Positions 30,661 to 45,736 of a stretch of 64,000 nt of DNA are shown piece after piece; position 1 is the stretch's first letter, and each line of letters opens with the position of its first letter. The notes beneath the pieces are model-generated. The model was not told the DNA's origin. It saw only the letters and a list, made by a program, of their open reading frames with translations, and did no database searches. Source of the stretch: Psilocybe cubensis (Eukaryota). Location: the NCBI GenBank assembly GCA_017499595.2, contig CM038998.1:3348001-3412000 (forward strand), read 5' to 3'. The position numbers and the translations under genes were made by a program.

Positions 30661-30891
30661 CGCGAACATCAACGTGTGTTTGACTTTCTAGAAGATCACA
30701 CGTGTGGAGCCGGTATTTTCCAATATGTATATTTCCCCGCTAGATTATGCCACCTCAACGATCTTTGACCGCTAACAATCGCTCATTTCCCAGATATGAG
30801 CAGATGTAGACGTGTCATCACAAGAGATTAACACTCACATTTAAAGTCTGTTCGAAATGTTCCATGGGATGCGTGTGCTTTCCGCCCCACC

Positions 30892-32826
<1,935 letters not shown>

Positions 32827-34072
32827 ATGAAACGAAATACACACGTCTGTTGGGCCGAAACGACGTAATCATGATTCTTCATCCAACATATTTTGAAACG
32901 CAAGATGAGCAATAGTGCTGACACGACCTTGAAAAACATATCAAGCTGTATATTTAACTTTTCCGGTCTGGAACCGATGGCGTTTACACCTTGTATCATA
33001 TGCTCCTCTACACCCACCCAATCCTCGGTCTACAATCTATCTGTATTTATTACCACTGCTATGTATAAGTGCCCTAAAAATGTTCTGTAACACGAATCTT
33101 TCCGGTTCGGCGGTCTTTGGGTCAGTATCTGTTATTTTATTCTGTAGATGCATATAGTAGCTAGGGATGTAGTTCTATTGTGAATACATGTACTAGTATT
33201 ATGCCACTGTTGCTACTCGTAATGTATGCTCTAATCTAAGAATACAGCCTCAGAGCCTAAGATTCCTCAAGTTGGACACTGCAACATACGCATCATGCAT
33301 CGTGCATCTGATATGCCTCTTCCGGGTCGCTATCCCGACATATCTATTCTTTGTTAGCTCCCTAAATGTTCAAATAGAAACGTAGAATGCTCTATAAGAA
33401 AGCAGCTGATATATTTATCGCATACTATCACCCGTTAATAGTGGTGCGGACGAGCCGGTTGCCCAAATGTGTGATGGAGCGCCGGATATAACTCTTATGC
33501 TATCTTTGTGGTCGGATGGCTCATGAAAATTTTTTGAACAGTTATATGTAGTTATTCATGACTGAGCATCAAGATGGTGCCAAGATAACTATATATGATC
33601 TAAATATATCGTTTTGACTTGGAAAGGGTTTGTTTTGCCGTGAGTGTGTATGGATATGGGTATGTGGTCTAAGTCTGGCCTGTGACAAGTATACTGCACA
33701 GTGTAAATTCAAGCTGTTTTCCCAAGGCCCGCTGTGTTGATAAATAAGGCTGATATACATCCACGATATCTTAGCGAATATTTGACAAAGCTATTTATAG
33801 TGTCCTGAAGTCGTCCCAAGTTACAGGTTGAAAAGTCCTATGTAATGCCAAGAAAAAACAAGGAGAAAATCAAAAGATATTGTACACAAGTGTTGGAGAT
33901 GGACGTGGGTAGTTTCATATCACCTAGGGCGCATGTCGAGAAAGCATACAATCAAAAGGATTACCCGAATCCTTGACAGGGGGGGGAGGATGATAATCTG
34001 GGAGACGATAGTTCCGGTATCAGTTTCTAAAGCGATTTGAATTCGAATGAGAAAAAGCTCTGCTCTCCATAG

Positions 34073-35419
34073 TTAGGGTCTGTTCAAATCCCGCCATCTG
34101 CGACGTCTATTCTTGGAAGGGAGTATGCTGCTGTGCGTGGTATCATCCCGGGACTGCGCAGAAGATCCTGTTGAGAAAACAGTGTCGTGCTCGGCATTGC
34201 TGCGGTATTGCGTACGGAATTTACGAGTGTGCTGGCCAAACCCATTGGACGATTGTCCTGCGTTCTGAGCGTGTTCCTGGAATGAAGTTGCATTAAGATG
34301 CCTTGGCGTATCATTGGAGGGAGGCTTTTCGCTCTCTCTTCTAGATGTTTGATGATGGTTACGATGCCTCTTACGGGACGACGGAAAGTTGTCTCCTTGC
34401 TCGACTATACTATGAGATTCTTCATCTTGACCGTCCACTGATTTGGGCTCTCTGGGAATCCTTGGCGGTGGAGGGGGGCCAGGATCATAATTGGGATTGT
34501 ACGCATGCCAGGGAAATCCATCAGAGTTGACAAGCTGGCCTGAGACTTGATTGAAGGTGTACCAGATACTCTTAGGAGGATCGGCAAGTAAAGGTATCAT
34601 AGCTTCCAATTTTTTGTACAGGATATATCCGGCATGGGCATCGTTACTAGCATCTATATGAACAGTGAGAAAAGGGGCTGGAAATAGATAAGCAGGTATG
34701 AATAGACGCTAACATTCAATTTGGAGATCATCTAGAGTAGCCTCCCAGTTACTGCGAGTGGTTCTGCCTTTAGGCAACAAACGGAACTCGTATGCTTCGA
34801 CGAGGCGAGCAAGACCAAGGGGATTATTATATTTCCCCTTCCAACGAGCGTTGTCTACTGTACGGGCCAAAAGCGACAAATCGACGCAATTATACATCGG
34901 TATGCGACAATCAGTGTACATTTTCTTAGAGTCGTCTGAGAGAAAATCTTGAGCATCACGAGACACTAGCGGAGATGGGGGTGGCCTGACTTTGGATACC
35001 AACACCGGCTTTTACAATGAGAGGGTTAGCTAGAATTGCTGCCAACTTTGATGGAAACTCTGTAGAACAAGAAGACGATTACTACTGACAAGATCTTTGC
35101 GCTTTCGGAAGGTGACAAGGGCATAAACTGATGTACCTTGCATCGAGGAGATCTGCAAAAGAAATATAAAATCATAATTGGAAAGCTGTACGAGGGCAAC
35201 AGGATTTTCTGGAGCTCCTTTGCGAAAGTTGGGTTTCCACTCTAGATCGAAGCCCAAGACCTGAGGATGAGATCCGAGTTTGGAAAGCTGCAAGTTTGCC
35301 TCCTGGTGAGTGCGTATATAGAGCACGCTGATATTGGGATTGTACTCGGACCAAGAATAACGAACGGTAGGGGCAGGCGGTGGGGTTGGCAGTCGAGGAG
35401 CGGGGGCTGGAACCTCCAT
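34073..35419 (-). CDS. WRN-type DEDDy 3'-5' exonuclease domain protein
   Basis: ExoI motif LGFDLEWKP, PVALVQLS, KAGVGIQ.DA, CVDLSLLAR, GLARLVE, SNWEA.L...Q, YASNDAHAGY; low-complexity C-tail. Confidence 0.9.
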
Positions 35420-35990
35420 AAGAAAGGGACTAGCAAGAAGAGACTTGGAGACAGATTATATGGATGGCTTAAAGAGGGATAGGAGGGATGGATTGATATG
35501 TGAAAGCCGAAAGAACGGATGCTTGGCGTGCAAGTTATAAAAAGGTGAAGTGATTGACTGGAGAGGAGAGGCGTGTATTCTGGCAATTTTAGCAGCGAGT
35601 TCATTGGAAGCTAAATTGGGACATGTCACATAGGGTCACTTCTCAGTAACGCCCCGTCACAGCCCAAGAAACGTAAAGCCGGCCAAGGCAAAGACACAAG
35701 GCACGGGGGTAGTCCTCCAAAACGCAGCTCCCTCCGGACGCAGGGAAGCCCTGGAGACGCGCAGGATTGAAATAAGGCGAGGGTGAAGCAGCCTCGCGCT
35801 GTGTGGTGGGAGAGTGAGACGGAAGTCTATTCTTGGCTCCGAGCATTTTCCTGGTCGAAAATAGCTCAGCATCGAATGGTCTTGGCAAAAAGTCTTGGAG
35901 AACACAAAAATAGGACAGTGTTGCACGACTTAAAAGCAAGCACTGGGCGAGCGTTGAGATTCTTGGCCCCGTCGCACCTTGATCCAAACC

Positions 35991-36827
35991 ATGAATTCGT
36001 CCACCCACCAAGACCCTTCCCCCTCCCTCCACAGATACCCCGCAGACGACATCCGCCGTCTCGTATCCTCCGCACATGCCCTCGTCGACCAGGTTGATAT
36101 CTTCTCTTTTTTTGTGCCACAACTGCTCACCTCCATTCTAGCAACCCGCCCCAAGTCTGCGCGAGATTCTCTCTGCATACAAAACAAAGGGCGACGGCGA
36201 CCGCGAAATGCTCATCGCCATGCTCAATGCAAAGACTGCCGAGGACCAGGTTAGTTGGCTCGTCCCCAAATATCACCTAGTCCCTTATCGTCTGCTTTTT
36301 TTCAGCGGCAAGCATCCGTCGCATCTCTGCAGCGCACTTTGCTCGAGATTTACCAGCAGTCCGCTTCTGCTCCCCCTGAGCCTGTTCATTCCGCCTCCCG
36401 ATCATCCTCTTCCAACTACCACCACTACCCCTCACCGGGATATACCCATTCTCCCCGTCCTTCCGAACAGCTGCCTTCTCGTAGGCTTCACCATCGCCAT
36501 CGTGTAACATCTGGCAGTCGGTCGCCACCACCATCCCGGATGCACTCTCATATTCCGTCTAGCAGGGATGTCCCAATGTCACATCACTCGGAACACCCGC
36601 GAAAACGTCATCGCGCATCTCACTCACCTCATATCTCACATCCTGGTGTATATGAGTCTTCACATCCATCCGAACAGTTTCCCCCGTCCCCCTACTCCTC
36701 GTCAGATCGCAGCAATTCAGCTGAATACTCTCCCCGCTCAAGGGGATCCATGACCATTGGCTCCCTCCTGTCCTCTGGTCCAAGTCGGGACATGAACGGC
36801 GACATCCCAATTCAAGAGCGCGATTGA
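35991..36827 (+). CDS. Hypothetical protein with short helical N-terminal domain and His/Pro/Ser-rich tail
   Basis: Three exons joinable by GT-AG introns: DIRRLVSSAHALVDQ|QPAPSLREILSAYKTKGDGDREMLIAMLNAKTAEDQ|RQASVASLQR...; basic patch PRKRHR; C-terminal MTIGSLLS. Confidence 0.7.
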
Positions 36828-39232
36828 TTCAACTTTCTTCTTCTTCTTCTTGTATTTTGCCAGCATCTTGCAATTCGTTTCCCCCCTCGACATTATTTGT
36901 TACAATATATAACTTTACTTCTGTTTATTCCATGTCATAGCCATAACTAAATGTATATATCTCGCTGATAAGTCTGTTGTAGCCAAGGGGTTTTCGTGTT
37001 GTCGTGTCATCAAGAGTATCCTCGTGTAATGCGAATCAATCATGATTCATCTCTGTCTCTATTGCGACTTGTAAATCCCAAATGCGCATCTCTATTCATT
37101 CCCAAACTCTTAGCAGACTTGGGTCTCTTCGTTCGCGGCTTCGGCGTCCGTGATTATCTCGGTTTGTTACATATGACCTTGAAACGCCCAAGTTTAACAT
37201 GAAGAAAGCCCACAAATACTGCGCATACCTGCTTTCCCTCCTAGTCTGTCTACACGCTTCTTGGGCTAGACGTTTGTCGAGCTAAAATTCTACTTAACCT
37301 GTTATCTGGACACCTATGCGACATTTAGACAGTTTTTGGACTCATTCCACACTTAGCTTGACACGAAAACATGGATCCGTGTAATGGGACGTTCTGGGTG
37401 TGACTTTTGTCTATCATTATCCCAAGATTTTTTTTTGACAACTGGGGGTAGGAATGGATAGGATACAACCTTGGCACCGACCAAAGTTCGACAACCAGCC
37501 GCATCAAGAGCGGACAGACACATGTAATATGTTGAGCTATTTTTGGCGCATATGCTGGGCGTTTGACGCGATGTTTTCTGGATTTATGAGCAAGCGGAGT
37601 GTATTGGCAGCGTAAGCGTTTATTACACCCCTCATTGAGTTCCGGACCCTCCGGCCTTTATGAACGACAGGGTTCCGTGTCGAGGGGACGGTAGGGCCTG
37701 TAGATAAAATGGATGAAACTTCCATGAAAGCCGAGACCCAAAGGTTTATAGGAGGCGAATGTTGAGACCCTCCAGGCAAAGGCATCGTTATCAAGGGAGA
37801 ATACACAACAACACGCAGAAACCATTTGCCAAGTGTATTCTGTTTCGATTCGGGACGAGGTGGGTAAATGTGTCTTCAGCCGGTTGTATAATAGTATGGG
37901 TACCAAGGATCCCTGACAGCGGTTCCTTGGCCGTTATGGTCACTGGCCAGGAACTTGTGCTTCAAAGCCAAGGATTCCTGAGGATTCTTGTCATGTGTGT
38001 CCTGCAATCTCCTGACAAGATTAGAAACAAGACATAAAAGATAAGTGTACACCGAAAAAAGCCTGTTGGACCTGGAACGTGTAAGCAAAGCAAAGCAAAA
38101 AGATAATATAGGAGTTGGCGCATCCGGTCGTCCCGGACTCGCTTAATGGGCACAACTTGGGCACATCTCTACACCTCCCCTTGCCGTCTCCCAAGGAAAG
38201 TGACAACGATGTGACAGTTTATAAATAGATTTAGTCACGCTTAATTTTAATTTTAGACCCAAACCCCGGCCTTGTAGAATGTTGCCCGGGCTCTGATGTA
38301 AGGGTACTAATTTGAACGATAATGAAGTAACCTCGACTCCACACAGCACGAACGCGTAACATGCTCCGATGATTATGCTAACTTGACAGGGTGTATGCGA
38401 CCGTTCTTAGAGAATATAAACATGGTATTGCGACGTTGTATTGAATTCATGGATACTTTAGAATGTGGCTACAGAGTTTATTTTCCTTACTTTGACTCAA
38501 ACCATGAGACCTGTCGTATTGTCGTACATGGACACCTTCCAATCGGTTAAAGTTGAATGACAACGCGTCACCGCGTCACTTTTCATACCTACGCAGGTCA
38601 TCTAAGCCTGGCTACAGTCGACGGAAACCAAAATTTATCAAAATGCAATATTTTTAGCTACATTAAACATGTTATCTCTACCCTGTTCCAGCCGCCTAAA
38701 AAATGAAGTTTTGAGTCTAGCTCAAAGTGGAAATGAACATGCTTGTTTTAGGATTTGGATGACTGACATTATGAGAGAGGTACGGTGTGTTGAGTCCAGC
38801 TTGAGCAGTGACCGTACGCTCAAATGACGTTAAAAAACTATCTAACCGGAGAGCTATACTCATATTGAATCAAAGTTCTGGAGGGGAGTTGGAGAGGAGT
38901 GTGACTTGACTTGAAAGTCTGAGTTGTACTATTTTTGGTATCAGTCAACGCTCACTCCATATTTCACAAGGTTAGCTTACATTACTTACTTTGCAGTGTA
39001 AGAGAATGGTTGCACTGCTTTAATTTGCTCTGAGCCTGAGGCATGCCACTCCTGGAACTTGAAAGTTGGAACTGTTTTTTGCGGGCCGAATTAAGCAAGT
39101 CACATGACGTCATCCTGAATTGCCCCATTTGAGCAATCAGAACCATGTTTTGTTACTCTCACTCACACTTTTGCTAATGCGACAAAACGCCATATCATCC
39201 AAACCCTACTGAAGCGAATCTTTAGAGTATCA

Positions 39233-40859
39233 ATGTCTGATGATGAATTTGACAATATCCCGGACGATTTTGCCGATATTCAAGGTGTAGATTGGACACA
39301 ACTTCTGTCGGGGCCGTCTACAACTCCCACCAGACATGAACAACCAGCGGAATCGTCTCAGACTGTTGTAGACCCAATTCCCAACTCTCCCCTCTCCAAT
39401 GGATCCTCTCTTTATTTCCCCGACGATGACCTGGATGCAGCTTTCTTGGCTGAACTCGACCAGGTCGAACAAAGAGTTGTACAAGAATCTCAAGTGGCGT
39501 CTTCTTCCAGGTTACCGCATCGAGGTAGCGTGTAGACGATTACCGTGGAATTACTCTGTTATGAATAACGTCTCTTGCTCTGTAGACGTTCCTCAAGTCC
39601 ATGGTACTGGCGAGTCCACGTGTAAGTAGTTTATGTTTCAACAGGTCTTCCTACCATGCCACTGATCGAGACTACAGCCTCTGCCCCAGCCTCAGGAGGT
39701 GAGCTTAGCCGTATGCGTTGTTTAATTTACTATCTGAACAGTCTTTCGTCACGTACAGCAGCTGTGGCGTTACAACCCCAATTGCAATGTGTATCAGACT
39801 CACGAACGCCCCATAATCTTACGGGTTAGTCCCTTTACATTACCTAGGAGTTATGTGTGCTGAATGTCTCTATCTCAACGCCGAATAGCGCTTACATGTA
39901 CGTTTGAACCCTGTATTTATGCACAGGCATCTGAACATTGTTAACTCTCTTTATATTATACTATTTAGGGTCTTCTCCACAGAAAAGGAAAAAGACCGAT
40001 GCTGAATCACAGTTGAAAGAACACATCGAACAAGGTTCCACTCTACCTACCAAAAGGGAGCGCTCAGACGACGATGTCGAGATAATTTCACCGAAGCGGA
40101 AAGGGAAAATGAAAGCCGACAATGAGATGCGGCAGATTCTGTCGAGTTATGAAGATGAATTGACTTGCCCGATGTATGTTTCTCTCAGACCTCCTTGACC
40201 AGCTTCATTTACGATGTGAACTCTCAGATGCTTTGATATATTGTACGCCATCGACGGTTACTTTGTATCTGATGCCAGAATATTAACGTAAACCAAGTGT
40301 TGCTTCGCATGTAGGAAATCCATGCGGCCATACATTTTGCGGCGACTGCGGCTGGCAATGGCATGTTCAAAATGTCCGTTTCGTCTTGTTCGACGGCTAC
40401 TCTGAAACTGAGCTGTCTATTTTTAGAAAAAGAAAGCCTGCCCATTTTGCCGCATTGATCTGGCGGAGTCAATGCCCATGATACCAAACATTGCCATGGA
40501 TAATACAGTCGAGAAGCATATCAAGGCACTTGCATCAAGTGGCGTTCGGGAATGGGAACCAGGTGGGCAAAAGTTCCGCGAATGGGACGCTCGAAAGCAG
40601 TGAGTACAAGTTCAAAAACAATTATTGATCTTTTTTCAAAAAAAATTTCTGCAGGGCATGGCACAACGGCATGGCCAAACGGGAGCAACAGAAGAAGATA
40701 TCACGACGAGCATACAAGCCTCCACCAGTGATTGAAATATTTGATAATCATAATTGGTTACATATGTTTGATGTTGATGAAGGTAACGACCCAGACTATG
40801 TGGATAGCGATGACGGACTCGTTCCAAGACCTATCCAGCGAGCTCGCCGACGGAGATGA
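39233..40859 (+). CDS. C3HC4 RING finger protein (putative E3 ubiquitin ligase)
   Basis: EDELTCPICFDIF....NPCGHTFCGDC......KKACPFCR assembled across introns; acidic N-terminus, NLS-like PQKRKK and PKRKGK. Confidence 0.85.
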
Positions 40860-42137
40860 TATTGAGGACTTCGGTATTGTACTTACCATCATGAATGCTA
40901 ATCTTAATGACGTCATTATTTCTACTCTGTACTTTGGTGGTCAGTCAACAAAAACTAGTCGGGACTGGGTCTACCCCTCCCGCCACAGCCCTGTCCTGTC
41001 AATATGATTGCAACATGTCTCGTTTTATATTCTTTTTCTTCTTGGGCCATCCTCAAGCCCATCTAATCTCCGCTTGTTTTTTTCTCCTTGTTATGTCTTT
41101 AGAAATTTGGACCCACATTTTTTCTTTTTCCTTTGTTTGGTACTGCCATTGGTTCTTGTTTGGGAATTCCACCCAAGCGCTCAGCTCACTGTCGGTCAAA
41201 ATTTTCTTGCCCTGTGAGATTCCTCATGACTCACACCCTTGCGCCTTTCTCATCATAGTATTGGAGTCACCATGTGTGGCTAAGTTTTTGCTCGTCCTGG
41301 ACCCCCGCCAACGCCCTATGCACACACGGAGAATCTACGGATATTTATCACTTCAATTTCTTTTACTCTCACAATCAGCTACTTGTCCGAGCAAACAATA
41401 TCTATGTAGATTTCAATCTGTCATGGAAGTAGATGAATGAATAAGTATAATGAGTCTTGAGAGTAATAAAAGGTCAGGATATCCGTGGTGACAAGAATTT
41501 TTATCGTGCACCTTCTAAACAACGTCGGGTGACCGTGCACAAGTACACCGAAAGCGTGATTAGAGGCGTGTTGTAGGCTGGTTGTATTAATAGGCGCGGC
41601 AACTTTGGCAGCGAATGTGACCAAAAGCGATAAGTCACGTGAGTGACTGAGTTGCAATAAGATTGGATTGAATAGCAATTCAAGGGCCACCAAAAGCTTA
41701 AGCATTTGGGTCGAAACCAAGCGTAAAGCTTGCGTAAAGCCAAAATTGAAGCGATATGGCTGTAGTGAACACTGGTAAGAAAGGAAGAGGGAGAGGAGGG
41801 TGGCAAATTTTTTTTTCAGAAATAGTGCACAGAAAAACGAGGAACCTCGAGTCGTATATCAGAGACATTAAATTGAAGAAGAACCTGGAGGTTATTATCA
41901 ACTGTATACAATCATTATCTGTCAAGAGCTTGTTGGGAAGGTAAGTGAGGATCTTTGTGGAAAATTTCCAAAACCGTAAACGGTAAAAAATCAGCTAAAT
42001 CAGAATCCGTGGAGATAATTTCACTAGGCTGAAAGTATAGATTGAACTCAATGGTCGATTTCCCTTCCAACGATTCTGATCTTTGCGTTAGCCACCATCG
42101 CACCCAATTATTGAACTCGCCCCCTACACGTTTAAAG

Positions 42138-42877
42138 ATGATACGAAAACTCAAGTCGCTTGCTCATATTCCGATAACCAAGAAAGACGGCTTGGAACTT
42201 AAAGATATCGAGACAGGTGAGGAAGTACGCTGCGTCAAATAATAGAGAATTGGGAATGAATAGGGTTTTTGAAAGCCTTCAAACACATTTCAAAGGAGCT
42301 CACGGACAAAACCACTTCGGCTCAGGCAGTCAATATTGTGGTAGCTGGGGGTACATGCTCCGTTATGTACTTCGGGAACCGCGATAAAACCAAGGACATT
42401 GACTTTTTCATTCCTGATCCTGAACTCATGGGAATAATTGCGGGTGCTCAAGCAACTCTCCCTCCTGACTTAAGGCAACGATGGCCTGTAAATTGGATAA
42501 ACGCAGAAATGGCAGGCTTTGCCATGATGCCAGGTTGTGAAGACCTTTACAAGAATTCCGTTGCAAACAACGTCGTCTTATACCAGTCGGATACCCTTGT
42601 AGCTTACGCAGCAGATTGGAAATTTCAGTTAATCGGCAAGATTACGCGCGCTTATCAGATGGAACAGCTGAATGAACACGTACAGAGTAAAGACAGGGAA
42701 AGGAAAGACATCAATGATGCTATCTCACTCCTGCAGATATTAATCACAGAGAACAATGCCCCACTGGATAGGAATGTTATCCGCTCATGGTACAATGGGA
42801 GTGCGCTCGACAACGTAGAGATTGAGTTTGTCAATAAGGAATATCGCGCTCGATTTAGCGTCGACGCTATTATATAA
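42138..42877 (+). CDS. Pol-beta-superfamily nucleotidyltransferase, AbiEii/DUF1814/DUF6036-like (fungal DUF7582-type); upstream in-frame ATG at 42051
   Basis: One intron 42217-42263 (GTGAGG...TAG) joins ...LELKDIETG|FLKAFKHISKEL; motifs IVVAGGT, RDKTKDIDFF, WINAE, QLIGKITR, RKDINDA. Confidence 0.8.
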
Positions 42878-43579
42878 TTGTAGGAGTCGTCGCTTTGGGG
42901 AGTTTTGTTGTTGAAGATGCGTTAAGCCTCGATCAAACAAAAAAAGATGCTCCCTCTGCTTTTCTATGTATTAGGAAGATTTGTTCGAGACAATATGCGC
43001 CAGTAGTAAGAAGCCATGATCTTGAAAACCTCGAGTGCCTTGATTTATATTTTAAAGTAATGCGCCCAATTGTAAGCCGCGTATGTCATTGTGTCAATGC
43101 ATACGACATATAAGCTAAAACAACGTCCAATCTCTATGATACGAACCGGACTAGAAATGTGGTGCGGGCTGTAAAAGAAAGGGGCGGGGTCGTTCGAATA
43201 TTTAGTCTAAGAGATTGGATGGGTTAGTTGAACTGAGTTCTACTCCTCTATATTAATACCACATGTAACGCGTCCTCTGGAAATTAGTTTCCAAGAAAAG
43301 AAAAGAGAATTTTGTGATTGAAGCACCGCGATCTTGAGGAAATGTTCAGAATAAACTTTTTATTCAGCCTATCACTGCCGAGATGCCCTCCTTGCCACAC
43401 TTAGCAAATACACCTCAACAACGCCTAGTCGCGTCAATTTGTCCAACTTACTCTTTCCCATTCTGTCATGTCAGCTATCCTCCCGTGAGTTGCAATTTAC
43501 TATGATCGCATTTTCCACCTTAACCTGCAACAGTGAATCTCCGAATGCCTCTACTAAACCACCTACATTCAAGTTCAAT

Positions 43580-44396
43580 ATGCCCCCACCAGTGCCAAGG
43601 CGTCCCATCTCACTCGCTCGACGAATAGACGCATGGTTTTATGTTAACATACGAGGTCCGCTGTGCATTTTATTTGCACCGGTTTACTTTGTACTCGTGT
43701 AGGTCTCATAAATCTTAATCCAAGGAGTGTCTAACAGGATTGAATAGGAGTCCTCGGCCGTTGCATATCGCATTCATGTTGCTGTGGCCTTTTCCATGGA
43801 AATATCCACTTCCTCCGCCTTTATCTGTTCAAGAGCTCCTCGATGACCCTGATATTGTTTTCAATCGGAGGCATACCGAAGTCAATTATGTGACACTACG
43901 CCAAATCGAACGATTCTGTTACCGAGACACCCCGCTACGGTCTCTTTACCGTCTTTATGAAACTGTTGTGGCAGATAACGAGGACGAAATGATGCAGGAA
44001 TCCCAATACTGGTTCCACAGGCAAACCGATTGGCTGCTAGCAGACATACCGGACCCTCAAGATCCCGACCCCATACGATATGCCATTCTTGCCAGTTTGA
44101 CAGATGCTTTAGTGTTATCCTTCAACTACAAAATTAAGTATGGCATGCGCCGCGGTATTACCAATAAACAGCCATTGAGAATAGCGGAATTCCGCAATGA
44201 TCCTAATCCACCTCTGGAAAGTTCTCCTGCTTGGTGCAATAAAGTAGGAGCTCTCTCGCAGAGGTTGAGGCTCGTACCGGGGACAATCATCCCGAGTGAC
44301 CTAACACTTCTACCTGGTCCTCTCGTCACTGACAATGTTCGGCCGTTCGACAAAAGAAATATCACAGCTATTTTTGATCAACTGTACAATATCTGA
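43580..44396 (+). CDS. Uncharacterised fungal protein, candidate antitoxin/partner of the adjacent nucleotidyltransferase
   Basis: One intron 43699-43747 (GTAGGT...CTAAC...TAG) keeps frame; conserved-looking blocks DTPLRSLYRLYE, WLLADIPDPQDPDPIRYAILASL..ALV.SFN, PAWC..V..L, PFDKRNI. Confidence 0.8.
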
Positions 44397-44863
44397 TTGG
44401 GCTGGTCATGACAGGGGCATGCACCGTTACAATGCCTCTTTGGCCCTCAAGATACACGAACATAAACATTCATTTCAATTGCATATAACTGGTCAATCTA
44501 GATACTATAGGCGCCTTCAACGAATATGGACTACTACACGGCACCAACGAGCTCCACGTCTTTAGCAAATAGGACTTGAAATGGGACGATATATCTATAG
44601 CAACTGGGCCAGCTGGTGGCAATTTTACGGTTTCGCCAATATACAGACTCTTCAAAGTAACAGATGATACCAACACGGAACTCCAAAGGTACTGGGGAAC
44701 AGCGATACCTACACCCTACAACAAGCTTACCACCAGTTTATCTTTATCCCATGTCCCCAGAATCCGCTCAACGCATGCTGCACGACATTATCAGCCAACT
44801 TTCTTCTCATTGACTTGTGCATCTTCAGAGACGATACTGTCATCGGTCACCTCATCTCCCCGC

Positions 44864-45736
44864 ATGATGATAAACCGCTCCAAAAGACTGGTCCATGGGC
44901 ATCTCACGGCGAAGGAGATAGGAGCATTCGCACTTATGATGACAACAACATGCGGTCCGCCCACAGCTCCCAGTCACACTCCGACTCCTCAAAGTGTTCT
45001 CGCACTTTTCAAGTCAATATTTGTGTCTGTAAATTTTATATTCCGTTTCTTCTTCAAAAATTTTTGGGATTCATTGGTTCCATTTGGAGTATACCATGCT
45101 CGACGATCTCCCGGACCAAAGGCCCACGACAATCAACGAATTAAGCCTTCTTCTATCCATTCTCTGATGGAAAGACAGGGGCCCCAGGAGCATTCGCCAG
45201 TCAAAGGGTACTGCACCCTCCCTAGCACTTCTTCTGAAAATAGGGTACAAATGCCACAGGGTACCGGCGCGCCAACAAAATCAGATGGAGATATATCTCG
45301 GGATACAGATTCGGTCCTTTTTCCAGATATCAAATCCACCAAATTCCTGGCACCTACGATCGAGAGTGATTTTGCTTCAGACAGTTTGGGTCTTAATGTT
45401 CAGTCGGTGTCGGAGGAAACGACTTTCTATGCGGAAATATCTTGTAACGAGGGTTTTGGTCATGCCTCTGCCGCAATCATCTTTTTACCTCCCATAGTTG
45501 ATATCGACAAAGAGCCCAGTTCTCCATCGAGCTTCTCGGACAAGGATTTACGAGGATTGGTAGCGTTCCTCGATGATTCTGACCCTCTGTGTATATCACC
45601 AACAGGGCAAAGCTGGTTAACCGTAATTCGTCGGGCCTTCAGCATCGGATTGGAGTGCCAGGTCGATCAAATGATTTGTGATACCGTCAGAAAGATCAGC
45701 ACCTCTTCACCTGGTCTTGGGGAACGTCCCTTTTGA
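44864..45736 (+). CDS. Hypothetical intronless protein (~290 aa from first ATG; frame open from 44576)
   Basis: 386 stop-free codons; hydrophobic segment VLALFKSIFVSVNFIFRFFF then Ser/Thr/Asp-rich region; no recognised motif. Confidence 0.45.
   Translation: MMINRSKRLVHGHLTAKEIGAFALMMTTTCGPPTAPSHTPTPQSVLALFKSIFVSVNFIFRFFFKNFWDSLVPFGVYHARRSPGPKAHDNQRIKPSSIHSLMERQGPQEHSPVKGYCTLPSTSSENRVQMPQGTGAPTKSDGDISRDTDSVLFPDIKSTKFLAPTIESDFASDSLGLNVQSVSEETTFYAEISCNEGFGHASAAIIFLPPIVDIDKEPSSPSSFSDKDLRGLVAFLDDSDPLCISPTGQSWLTVIRRAFSIGLECQVDQMICDTVRKISTSSPGLGERPF

Noticed and set aside
36850-39200. Long intergenic region with several ACGCGT/CGCGTCA and a TGACGTCA motif and short ORFs
   Set aside because: Motifs are dispersed and short; ORFs lack recognisable domains or consistent splice structure
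41799-41807. Perfect PACE element GGTGGCAAA
   Set aside because: Not upstream of a proteasome gene; single 9-mer compatible with chance
40895-41950. Possible degenerate transposon remnant (e.g. TVHKYTESVIRG fragment) and 181-aa Phe-rich ORF
   Set aside because: No DDE/RT motifs or terminal repeats could be assembled; ORF reflects T-rich composition
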